Assembly: GCF_032062105.1 (NCBI RefSeq)
Contig: NW_026918862.1
Coordinates: forward strand, 62,001 to 126,000
Direction of reading: 5' to 3'
Source of the DNA: Saccostrea cucullata
Lineage: Eukaryota
Length of the DNA stretch: 64,000 nucleotides
Shown here: positions 40,501 through 51,600 of the stretch, piece by piece
How positions within the stretch are numbered: position 1 is the first letter of the stretch
How the letters are laid out: the number at the start of each line of letters is the position of its first letter
Program-made: the position numbers and the translations under genes
Notes under the pieces: model-generated
Seen by the model: only the letters and a program-made list of their open reading frames with translations
The model's database searches: none
What the model was told of the DNA's origin: nothing

Positions 40501-43304
40501 ATAAGGATAACTATTTGTTATTAAGCAACTATTTTTAAATACATTGGTTTTAGCTCGTGAAACTGAAATTTTTATTGTGCATTCTATACTGGTTTATCAT
40601 TATTTGCTTCATGGTATTATTAGTGTGTGCCCTTTGCATTTGAATATCTCATTGTTGTTGATATGATAAATTGCAATGAATGTTATTTGTTCTTAAATGT
40701 GTTGATTACTGCAATGATTAAGGTTTTTGGTACAAAGCTTTTATGCATTGTAACATCATCAAAAACCAACAGGTGATCTTTACTTATCACTTGTGGAAAA
40801 ATCTTCGTTTGTAATTAAATATGCATGGGTCATTTAATTGGCCACATTACAGAGTTGCCATGCAAAACAACGTACAAATCACAGTTCATGTTACTTATGC
40901 ATGTTCAGCATTGCAAACATCATAAAAATATGTTGCATTTTGCAGTTAGAATGTGGTACTTATGTAATATTTGACGGAAATTAAATATCAATGACATTGT
41001 TTCAATTAAACTTTGCACTTTTTAACGAGTGTCAAAGTATTCACCTTAAATAGCAAAGTAATAAATATATTTTAAATATTGAGTTCCAACTTTCTAATTG
41101 GTTGACTAAAAACAACAGATTTGTCAGAGACCAGAAGACTTATGCGATAGTAATGCGTTTGTTGTCCATCTGTCTGTCTGTCTGTAAACAATTCTTTCAA
41201 AATGCTATTCCTTCTATAGTTTTGGTCCAATTTCAATATAACACAAGTAGTCTACACTAATATACATAATTCTATGCATGGGTTTTAGATTTTCTATCTT
41301 AAGCTATGCAATTGTGATAAAGTTATTACTTGAAGCCTTAATTAAGTATTGCTATAGGAGAATTTTATTTTTGATTTTTTGCAGGTGTTCTTATATTGAA
41401 AACTAAATTATAAACCCTTGAAACTCCATGAAATTGAAAATTGTCTAGTAAAAAGTGCACTCTTTTCCTATCTGTAACTTGAAACAGAAACTTGAAACTG
41501 TAAACTCAAACTTAATTTCCAGTCATAGTAGAAAATTCATTAACTGCGAATTTTTGGTCTTTTCAACTTTGATTTATAAATATATTTTTGAAATTTGAAT
41601 TGTTTAGTATATATTACAACTGCCCTAAAATAGGATGTTGTGATTGTTATGCATTAGAGGATGGAAGTTTAACTATAATAATATTTTAATCTTGATTTCC
41701 TTTTTTTTAAATTGAAGTGGTTGCTGTATTTTCTTTTATTTTTCTCATTAAAGGTAATGCAGAGCGGAAGGCCCGCAGCCATCACTGATGATGTAATTAT
41801 GACTTTTGTGCAGCCTCCCGTTGTAGAGGAGCTAGGCAGGATAAGTTCTTTCGAGAACAAAAAACGGATCAGCGTCAAGGGGGAGGTCACGAAGGTGAGT
41901 GTAACTTTCTTGATACACATCTCTGATAAAAATATTGGAACATGTGTAATATGAAATTCTGTGCTAAAATTTTTTTTTCTTAAATTGATGATAATATTTT
42001 CCATCTTTGTATTCATGATTATGCAATTATTTTTTGAATAATATAGAAATACATAGTGTTTAAATTGGGAATAATTATTCTTATGCTATTATTACATTTT
42101 TTTAAAGCATTATATCAATTGTATTACTTGAAATTATGTGAAGCATACAATTTCATTTAAGGTCTCAAGCATCATTGAAGGATCAAAGTCAAAGAGAAAG
42201 ATCATTACTCTATCGGATGGCCAGGCTAGCATAGACATCAAATTGTGGGGTGGTCTCTCTGAGACTGTTATTCATGAGGGGACGACCATTGAGGTTTCTT
42301 GCGTCCATGTCGATGTCTATCAGAACAAGCGTTCATTAAACTCCACTGGTGGCACCCAGATCAAGGTGAAATATTGTATTTTTATTTCTTATTTTTTGTG
42401 AAGTTTTTTTTCTAGTACAATAACCTTAAATTTCAACTTTTCATAATTTATGTTCTTGTTACACAATGAAATACTGTGCATGTAATTATTTACATATGCA
42501 AGACATTCAGCTGTGTATTTGATTTAGCGATTGTTGAGTTCTACCAAGTCGATCCGTTAGATCGATACACAGCCAATTGTGATATGTTTACAGTAATGCC
42601 TATTCTAATTCATGACCATTTCCTTGTGTTATTATTTTAGATTACTGATGCTGAAGAAGATTTTCAGGGATACATCGAGGGAGTCTCCTTTGATGAGTAA
42701 GTAAAGTAATAAACAATAGTATGACATTCAAAATTTTTACATGGAAAGTGTTTATTTATTTGGTGGCAAAATTAAATTTGAAGAATTCATTTGGTGTTTT
42801 AAATATGTTTTCTGAAAATCTATTTAGATTAATAATACATAATTGTTTGTTTTGCAGGAGCTGTTTGGCCATCTTTATTAACGACGAGGTTCTAACTTGT
42901 ACTGCTAACCATGTTGACAGCCTCTTCCCAACGCACGAGTTTGTTGACAGAAAGCATGTGAAGGGAAAGAAGAAAGGCAGTATTGTTATGTCAATGTAAG
43001 TTTAAATGCTAACAGCAGTTTTTCCATATTTTAATTGACTCAAATAATTTTTCAACAAAGTGGAAAAGATGAGCAATAAATTTACAGATTATGAGTACAT
43101 GCAACTGAACTTGTGTTAATTAATAATTAAAAACGTAAGGCTATAGACAGTCTGACATAAATTATTTTAAAAAAATTAAGAGAATTTATATAATCATTTA
43201 GTGAGGAGCACATCTTGGCAGAAGAAGAAGATGAGCTGCTTGCTGGTGGCAATCAGGCGGATGAAGAGCAGCTTGATGAGAGCGTTTTAGCTGAGAAGCA
43301 GTAA
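28599..43304 (+). CDS. OB-fold (RPA70/SSB-like) putative ssDNA-binding protein, 7 coding exons, 304 aa, acidic C-tail
   Basis: Exons 28599-28634, 40171-40407, 41754-41894, 42162-42365, 42641-42696, 42858-42995, 43202-43304; all GT-AG, phases 0,0,0,0,2,2; 915 nt open frame. OB motif RISVKGEVTKVS...KRKIITLSDGQASIDIKLWG...EGTTIEVSCVHVDVYQNKRSLNS; tail EEHILAEEEDELLAGGNQADEEQLDESVLAEKQ. The link to the first coding exon across an 11.5-kb intron is less certain; alternative start at ATG 40183. Confidence 0.8.
29814..30155. mobile_element. Harbinger/Zator-like MITE (342 bp)
   Basis: GGCCAAAA.../...TTTTGGCC TIR; 3-bp TSD TGA on both sides; GGGTCGG/GGTAGG subterminal motifs; related copy at 62070-62430. 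Confidence 0.8.
32921..34277 (-). mobile_element. Full-length Tc1 transposon (1357 bp)
   Basis: Perfect 36-bp TIRs CAGCGGCGGATCATAATATTATAAACAAAATGGCGT (32921-32956 / 34242-34277); TA TSD on both sides. Confidence 0.97.
33040..34068 (-). pseudogene. Tc1 DD34E transposase with one premature stop at codon 26
   Basis: ATG at 34068 gives MGKAKDLSPSLKQRIVNSFQSGIKQ*KIAK...; TGA at 33991-33993; then 301-aa ORF with GRKKK, VIFSDE, FQDDNAPVH, WPAQSPDANIIE (34 aa between D2 and E) and GYATKY. Confidence 0.93.
34769..35179. mobile_element. MITE with 6-bp TSD (hAT6-like), 411 bp
   Basis: TIR CAGTGTGCGC(A/C)AAAA; TSD ATGTTG at 34763-34768 and 35180-35185; subterminal ACTAGCCCGA/TCGGGCTAGT repeats. Confidence 0.8.
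35425..37319. mobile_element. Non-autonomous DNA transposon, Sola2-like (1.9 kb)
   Basis: 30-bp TIR GGGYCATTTTCAAAAAA... (4 mismatches); 4-bp ATAT flanks; about a dozen internal GTAACAGGATGGACA-like motifs in both orientations; no ORF. Confidence 0.75.
41100..41400 (+). mobile_element. Degenerate HINE/DINE-like fragment in an OB-gene intron
   Basis: (CTGT)n tract at ~41170-41185 followed by GTAAACAAT..., like the 5' part of non-autonomous Helentrons; boundaries approximate. Confidence 0.45.
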
Positions 43305-43659
43305 TCATCATTTGAGAGGTTGAATTATGGTTAAAGACTTTTCCCTTGCGATGTTGTTACCTTGGACATTATTGAGTCATTTATAGAAAGTCCTTTGAAC
43401 TTTTGAAGTTTTGTTTTGTTGTAGTGGTTGTATGTAGCTTTGGAAAGTTCATAATTTTTCAGTTATAATAGAGAACCGTACATAGTTTGTGTAATTGTAA
43501 TAATTCATTACCTGTACTTTTACTTTTACATGTGATTTTTATATTTGTCTTTGTAAGCTGTACAAAGATTTGTTAAGGTTATGCCTTGAATTCCACACAA
43601 AATGATACAGTTTTGTTCTGATGCAAAAATTCAGTACTTTACTAATATTCCATAATGAA

Positions 43660-44960
43660 AATTTTTTTCCTGATTTTTTAGCATTTTAAGGAAGAGGCCT
43701 TCATTAATCTTTTCCACTTAAGTGCATTTATAAAGAATCCTGATTTTTTTATGCATTGACACAATTCCAATTCAGTATTTCATTTATCAGAAATGGTTTT
43801 TAAAATTGACTTGAACTGGACTGATAATCATTTTATTTTTATTTTCCATTACATGCTGAGTGGCCGGTGTAATTTATGAGTTAGTTTTATACATGTATTT
43901 AAAGTATAGTTTTGAATTGGTGCATTTTTTATGTTTAGCAGCTTTGGTATTACGATTTATAAAATACTCATTATATGTTGTAAAGTATGTTTAGTTTTTT
44001 TAAAATATTTTTTTTATAAGCTCAAGCGTTTTGTATTTGAAAATTGTATGCTCAAGCGTTTCGTATTTGAAAATTGTAGCATGTTAAATTTGTGTTGGTC
44101 AATTCGTTTTGTATTAATTCCAATTCCAATTCAGTATTTCATTTATCAAAAATGGTTTTTAAAATTGACTTGAACTGGACTGATAATAATCATTTTATTT
44201 TTATTTTCCATTACATGCTGAGTGGCCGGTGTAATTTTTGAGTTAGTTTTATACATGTATTTAAAGTATAGTTTTGAATTGGTGCATTTTTATGTTTAGC
44301 AGCTTTGGTATTACGATTTATAAAATACTCATTATATGTTGTAAAGTATGTTTAGTTTTTTTTAAATATTTTTTTTATATGCTCAAGCGTATTGTATTTG
44401 AAAATTGTATGCTCAAGCGTTTTGTATTTGAAAATTGTAGCATGTTAAATTTGTGTTGGTCAATTCGTTTTGTTTTAAACTTGAGTTTTATTTCTTAATT
44501 TAAGGCTTATTGTTCTCAAACTGAATGGAAAATTTTTTCTGATTTTTTAGCATTTTAAAGAAGTGGCTTTCATTGATCTTTCTCACTTAAGTGCATTTAT
44601 AACGAAACTTAGGTGTTTTATGCATTTAAACAATTCAAATTCAGTATTTCATTTATCAGAAATGGTTTTTAAAATTGCCTTGAAATGGACTGATAATCGT
44701 TTTTTATTTTTATTTTCCATTACATGCTGAGTGGCCGGTGTAATTTATGAGATAGTTTTATACATGTATATAAAGTATAGTTTTGAATTGGTGCATTTTA
44801 TGTTTAGTAGTAAAGTATGTTTAGTTTTTTTTACATATTTTTTTTATATGCTCAAGCGTTGTGTATTTGAAAATTGTAGCATGTTAAATTTGTGTTGGTC
44901 AATTCGTTTTGTATTAAACTTGTGTTTTATTTCTTAACTTTAGGCTTATTGTTCTCAAAC
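43660..44960. repeat. Recent tandem triplication (~360-510 bp units) just 3' of the OB gene
   Basis: CAATTC(C/A)AATTCAGTATTT...GAGTGGCCGGTGTAAT block recurs at 43762, 44121 and 44631 with high identity. Confidence 0.92.
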
Positions 44961-45044
44961 TTTACTGATAACTTTTGCACACGTAGCCATGCAATCTCAA
45001 TTGTGCTAGCTAGTTTTAATTTTACTACAGTCCCTTTGTTGTCC

Positions 45045-45618
45045 TTTTTAAGCCCCTGGATCGAAAGATTGGGGGGTATATTGGTTTTGTTCTGTCTGTC
45101 TGTCTGTTTGTCTCAAAACTTTAATCAAGCCCATGACTCTTGAGTGATTGAAACTATGGCTTTCATAATTTATAGGTATGTTACTTCTGACATGACCTTT
45201 CTTTGGGTACCACTAAATTTGACCTTTAACCTTTACCTTGTAGTTGACCTACTTTTATTCTATTTATTGTGAATTTAAACCTTTGCCATAAATTTTGAAC
45301 AGATCGAGATAGAGACTTGATATATAAAATGCTTATTCCACTACATAAGCACTTTCAACTGACACCAAGGACAATGACCTTTTGACCTTGACTTTGACCT
45401 ATATGCTAAAAATAGTTTTTTTTTTCAAAGTTTCGGTTACGTTTTGAACCATAAAAGATAGAGACTTAATATTTAATATGCCTACTTCAAAAATTAAGTG
45501 CTTTCAAACAACACTAAGTCAATGACCTTGTGATTTTGACTGTAATCTTTATGCAGAGAATAGTTTTTTTGAACTCTGTTGCCTCTGAGGGTACTGTGTT
45601 TCACAAACACATCTTGTT
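45045..45618 (+). mobile_element. Non-autonomous Helentron (DINE-1-like HINE)
   Basis: 5' TTTTTAAGCCCC...GGGGGTATA hairpin, (TCTG)n tract, internal TGACCTT repeats, 3' stem TGTGTTT-cac-AAACACA (45595-45611) then CTTGTT. Confidence 0.75.
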
Positions 45619-45737
45619 TTGTAATTATGGTTTTCCATCTCATAGTAAAAAATTCTGTTGTTGGATATGAATATATTTTCTTTGGATATTGTATTATTGA
45701 ACTGTTTCTTATATGCTCAAGTTTTACTAATATTTAA

Positions 45738-46208
45738 TTACTGTTAACTTGCAATATCATGTTGAAGATGTAACTTATTTATTGTACATTGCCCTATCAT
45801 GTTGAGAGCATAACTTATTTACTTCACACTTGCCATTTTATGTTGAAGATATCACTTATTTTCTATAAACTTTCCATATCATGTAGGAGATGTAACTTAT
45901 TTCCTTATTTTGCCTTACATGTTGAATATGTAATTTATTTACTGAACACTTGCCATATCTTGTTGAATATGTAACTTATTTACTGAACACTTGCCATATC
46001 TTGTTGAAGTTTTAACTTAATTATTACAGCACTTTTATCATATCATGTTGCAGATGTAACATGTTTTCTGTACCCTTGACATATCCTGTTGAAGATGTAA
46101 CTTATTTACCGAACAATTACCATATTTTGTTAAGTTTTAACTTATTACTGTAAATGTGTCAAATCATGTTGAAAATGTAACATGTTTACTGTACGCTTGC
46201 CATATCAT
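45738..46208. repeat. Degenerate ~41-bp minisatellite (~11 copies)
   Basis: Unit TGTTGAATATGTAACTTATTTACTGAACACTTGCCATATCT; period 41 at 45961->46002. Confidence 0.9.
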
Positions 46209-48623
46209 TAGATGTGATGTTTTTCTACAACCGTACAAAGTATCCAGAATTTCTTAAATGTGATTCAGTCTTATTTGTTTTTATTTCTTTACCAAATGTT
46301 CTAATAAATATGTAAAAAGTTGTAGTTTTAGTTTTATATGAGAAATTTAAATAGAAGAACAACTCATCTTGGAGCATAACTTTATCTTTAAGAGTAGTAC
46401 ATTAATTGAAATTTCAACTTTAAAAAAAAACCTGTCAGATAGAAGAGCTTAACGAAGCATTACCATGATAATTTGATTGCTCAACACAGCAAAATAAGTT
46501 AAGGGCTATAAATGTAGTTCAATATACATTTACTTTGGAAAGCATAAAAAATTACTTTCATGGCTATGTAAAAAGGTGTAATCTATAACAGATGCTAACA
46601 AAATATGCTTTTTGGGTTTGGTGATAAAATTATATATCTAAAAGTTATTCATTTTGAGATTTTTTCATTAACAAAAAGTACATGTTTATTTTCAAAGTGT
46701 ATAGTCTATTTATGGGCAGAAATCAGTGCTGTTTAGTAACATTGATAAAATGATGAGAAAAGATACAATTGTCTACCTCTGATGTTGCATTACGTAAGAA
46801 AATATTTAAGAACATGTTTTTAAAAGTAAGTGATAACTTTTTAAATTGTTTTGGAAGGAAAGATCACTGTTATTGAATAAAACAACTCCATTAGTTTAAC
46901 TCTTTGTGTTCTGAGTTTCCTGTATATTTATGCATACAGAAATTCTCTGGTTGCAAAATTTCATAGTGCGCTCTGATGAGAGAAAAAATAAATTATACAT
47001 TACTCTATTCACATGTGAATGTAATTGCGTTAATTTAATAATAATAATAATTGTATTAAATTATTGGAGGATGTTAGCTATCACTTTTGACACTTGTGAC
47101 ATTGCCCAGCTCTAACCACGTGGAGGTATCCTCAGAAAAGCCTTTTTTTTTATTTATTTGGATGATATGATTGAAGTTTTGTTGAAGTTATTTTTGCTTT
47201 AATTTCTTTAATCTACTTAAAGGAAGTTAACTCCAAAGACGGAAAATAAAAGGCAGCCTGAATATCAACTTAACTTATTATAATAGGATTATTGTCAAAA
47301 GGTGTCACTTTGATATTTTATTTATTTTTAATATCAGGATATAACTTCTTCCCAGCATTTTATGCAATAAAAAAAAGAAAATGATATCATAAGGTAAACC
47401 AATTTTGCATTGCTCAAATATATCAAAACAGCTGTGTATAATTTAATTATTTAAAACGATTGAGAAGGATTTTACATTAATTGTGCAACTGCGAATTTCC
47501 ATTAAATGAATTATATATTGTAATTATTCAAAACAAGTTTCCAATAAATGGACGGGTGTTTTCCTGGACACAAACATTAGTAACTTGTATAACTAATCCG
47601 AAATTTTCTAGTTTGTCGCAGGTGATCGAATCCGATATTTATGACCCGGGTTTTTTTTAAACATGTAATATATATTTATGTAAATATTACAATAATAAAC
47701 AAAAGGAACTGTTAATTTATAGTTGATATATGACCTGAAACACCAGATTTTTTCATAATTTTATGGATATTTTGCAGAATATGTCTGGAAAAGTTGGGGA
47801 AACTGCCAACTCAGGTCATTTTTGATTTTACCGACTTGAAAATCAATAATCGCCGTTAAACTCTACTATAGGAAGTATATTTATGGTAATTTAGCAGCAA
47901 ATATAAATTTTGTAAAATTACAGCTCGATCAAAAAAGTATGAAATCGGAGTTGTAAGAAAAAACAATCTCGATCTGCCCCTACTTTTAATTTGTCACGGC
48001 CCGGTTTTGCCTACCCAATCTACCGGGTATATGACCTACGCTCCTTTTTTGGCTTTAAAACTAGTTTACTAGGCATGGTTTCCGGTGGGCACTGGGAAAA
48101 TTAAACATGAATTCTTAACACCAAGTAATGAATTGAAAAGTCGATAAGATAAGCTTTCACAGGTTGTGGAAACAGGTGATGACAAATTTTTAATAAGTTC
48201 TATAGTACTATGTTATGTATGTATTGTAGCATTTATTTTCACTGATCATATATGTGCTATCACACAGTTAAGTTTGAAACAATATATCGAAAGTTGTTCA
48301 GGTATCATTTCAGTTATATACTTTTGTGGGATTTGTCCGCTTCATATATACATAAAATCTGACAGGATATTTTCTAGACGATGCACAGAAAAACTTTAAC
48401 ATGATAAACAATCACCGTTTTCCTCATCAAAAATATATAGATCTATAAAATTCTACTGCTAAATATTCAACTACCGGTAATTGGATTCTAGAATTGTGCA
48501 GCTTACAGATAATGTCATCATACTACCAGTGTATGTTAAATATAAAGATTTTGTTCTATTTAAAGTTTACCGATATGAACCAAGGGTTCATCTTAATCGT
48601 TGTGATGGTTCTGTCAAATGGAT

Positions 48624-51600
48624 TTACTTTTTCAGGTTGACTAACACTGCTTCATGATAGCTGTAGTATGTGGGTACCTTAAATGTCTCAAGTTCCAATG
48701 GACATGTTGTGTACACCAAATCTAGTACAGTTTGCTGCTCAGTTGTGGGGAAACTTACAACTTGTGTAAAGCCTTTCTCAAACATGAACTTTTGTACTGG
48801 TCCACCAATTTTTGCATTCTCATTGAAATCCCCAAGTATGATGCCTCTGTAATTTGGTAATAATACTGATTTCATCACATTTTCTAATGCTATCAAGAAG
48901 TCTTTGGCTGGCAAGACAGAAGGTCTGTAAATATTCACCAAAATTACTTGCTCTTGTATTAGCTTTAAAGCTATACACTCTATGTTTTTCCCACAAATTG
49001 GAATTATTACAGCATTTGAGCTTTTTCTGCTGTACACTGCAACACCTCCACCGTTTGATGTACGTAATCTATCTGTTTTACAATTCTCACTATTATATGA
49101 CTCTGCTCTCGATATATGACAGAAATTGTAATCCTCAATTTGAAAGTTTGCTGTATCTTGACCTTGTGTCAGCCATGTTTCTGTTAAACACAGGATATCA
49201 GCATTCCAAAAGCGACAATCATGTTTCAGATTTTCAAAATTTCCAGCTAAACTTTGAATATTGTGTAAGATGATCTTTGTACAACTTAGCAAACTTGATC
49301 CTTCATTTTGGACTGGAAACAAAAGTGGCATTTTTTCAATTGATGATTTAACATCGGCATCAGCATGTATCTTCTTTTCTAGGAGTGCCTCATCTGCTGT
49401 CTCTATAAAAAGCCCTCTCAAAGATGTTACTCGACTTAGTGCAACATATGCCTGTCCAGGGGAGAATGACTTGTCTAAATTAACAACAATTTGGTCTGCT
49501 GTCATACCTTGCACTTTATGGGCTGTGCACGCCCAGGATAACTTTAATGGAAACTGGTGACGAACAACACTTTTTGATTTGTTTACTTTGACTTCTTCTT
49601 CTATTCTCTCTATGAGAACTATGTGCCCATTTGCAGCACTTTTCCCTGTTTTTTTTCCAACATTTTTGTTATCAAATTGAACACCTATTGCTTTGATAGA
49701 AGATTTTCCATTTTTGTGTTCTGTCAGAAAGTGTGAGATATTACCCATTACACCATTGACCAACCCATCATCTACATTGATGTTTCTTATAAGCATAACT
49801 CTTGCATTTACTGAAAGAAGGATGGAAGCACTTAGTCCGTCTAACTTGGTACTTGATAAGGGACTCTCTCTTAGTGAAAGTTTTCCAGTTGTTTTGTCTT
49901 TCTGATAGTCTAATGCATCAATTTCAACAAGTTCTTCAGATGTCTTTTTCAGCATAGACAGATTGAAGTTATTCACCTCATCATTTGTTGAATATACATG
50001 CAAAGCATCTTCTGGACCATCTCTAATACAATTCTTCAGCATATGTTTGGTTTCCTCTGACAAGTTTTCCTCCTTTGTTCGTATGCGTAAAGTGTTTAGA
50101 AACATTGCAAATGGAACATCTTCACGCTGCCTCATCACTTCATTTAATTCAACAAGTTTAAAAAGTTCTAGCCAGTGATCATCAGGATATGATCCATTTT
50201 CTTTGTATAGACGTTCATTTTTTGATTGCTTTACTGGTGGTAGTTGAAAGAAATCACCAACAGCTAGAACTGTAACTCCTCCAAAGGGCTTTTTGCATTT
50301 TTTAATTTGAACAAGTCTTTCATGCACATAGTAAAGGAGCCTCTTATATACCATTGACACTTCATCAATGACAAGGATTTGTAGCGATTCCAGTTTGACT
50401 CTAAGAGTACTAAGACTCTGTTCATTCTGTGGTTCATACGGGAGTGGTAAAAATTTTGTCAATGCAAAAACTTTATGTATTGTGTTTCCACCAATATTAA
50501 AAGCTGCTGTGCCCGTGAATGCTGTTAAGACTACGGAAACACAATCTGGTGATGGAAGATTTTTACTGAACAAACGTTCTGCTTCAAAATGGACAGCTTT
50601 TATCAGATGGCTTTTCCCTGTTCCAGCTCCACCAGTAACAAAAATATGAAGTGGATCAATTTCTTCACCTGCGACTCTTTTTAGACACCAATCTCGCACA
50701 TGATAAAATATTTTCTTTTGTGTTTCATTCAAGGATTGCAGAACTGGTAATATTTCCTGCTTTGTGCTATTACTTTGCTGAACTACATATGAGAGATTTT
50801 CTGTGGGAAATACATTGTCAATATCAGGGAGCACATCATTATGGTCATTTTCCTGCAAATCTGGTCTTTTTCTTGTTGACATACATTCTTTTCTGCTCAC
50901 TTCAGTCTCTGGACAGAGTTGGGCCCATGCATCTTCTGGTTCACCGACCATGTCAAATACTTCTTGAGCGGAGTTAACGACATCTTCATTTTTAGCAAAA
51001 CAAGCTCGATTTGCATCCACAATAGATTTTACAGATTGCAATTTCCTTTTCTTAGACATTCGGATATGTCCCTTTTCATAAAAAGACATGTACAAGTCAA
51101 AACCTTTGGGTTTTAGTTGTTCCTCTTTCCTGTGTGGCAAATAAAGTTGCAGTAAAGACTGATAATACTTTTCTGATGATTTTTCTGAGCTGAACCTTGG
51201 GTATCTGATCACAGCTGGATTTGTTCTTGTTCTCTGCTGTATAAAACCTTTTCCATTCTGCAGCTCATACACAGACTCATTTGGTCCTTTTGGCACTTGG
51301 GATTTTGATAGAACTCTGAACTCTGAACAGAACTGTGCTAGACACATCCCTTGAAACTTATCACTGTCTGGTCGATTTTCATATCGTTCTATAATATTTG
51401 TCATCCAAATACTCTCTTCGTCATCGTCGTCATCATCATCATCACATTTTTGAGCATTTCCTTCATATTTTTTCCTTTTCATTTGAGAAAGAGGTTTACT
51501 AAGGCGGGTTGGGTTGTCACCAACAGGTATAAATACAATTTTTCTAGAACACTCCTTCATTTTTAAGTTACAAACTCTGTACACAGCCTCCTGGGCACTT

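Noticed and set aside
43931-44937. Three similar 68-80 aa ORFs as a gene family
   Set aside because: They come from the AT-rich tandem triplication; frames differ between copies and there is no splice or domain support.
45738-46208. 41-bp (and 31-bp at 63665-64000) arrays as CRISPR-like
   Set aside because: Contiguous degenerate units without unique spacers, no cas genes, eukaryotic context.
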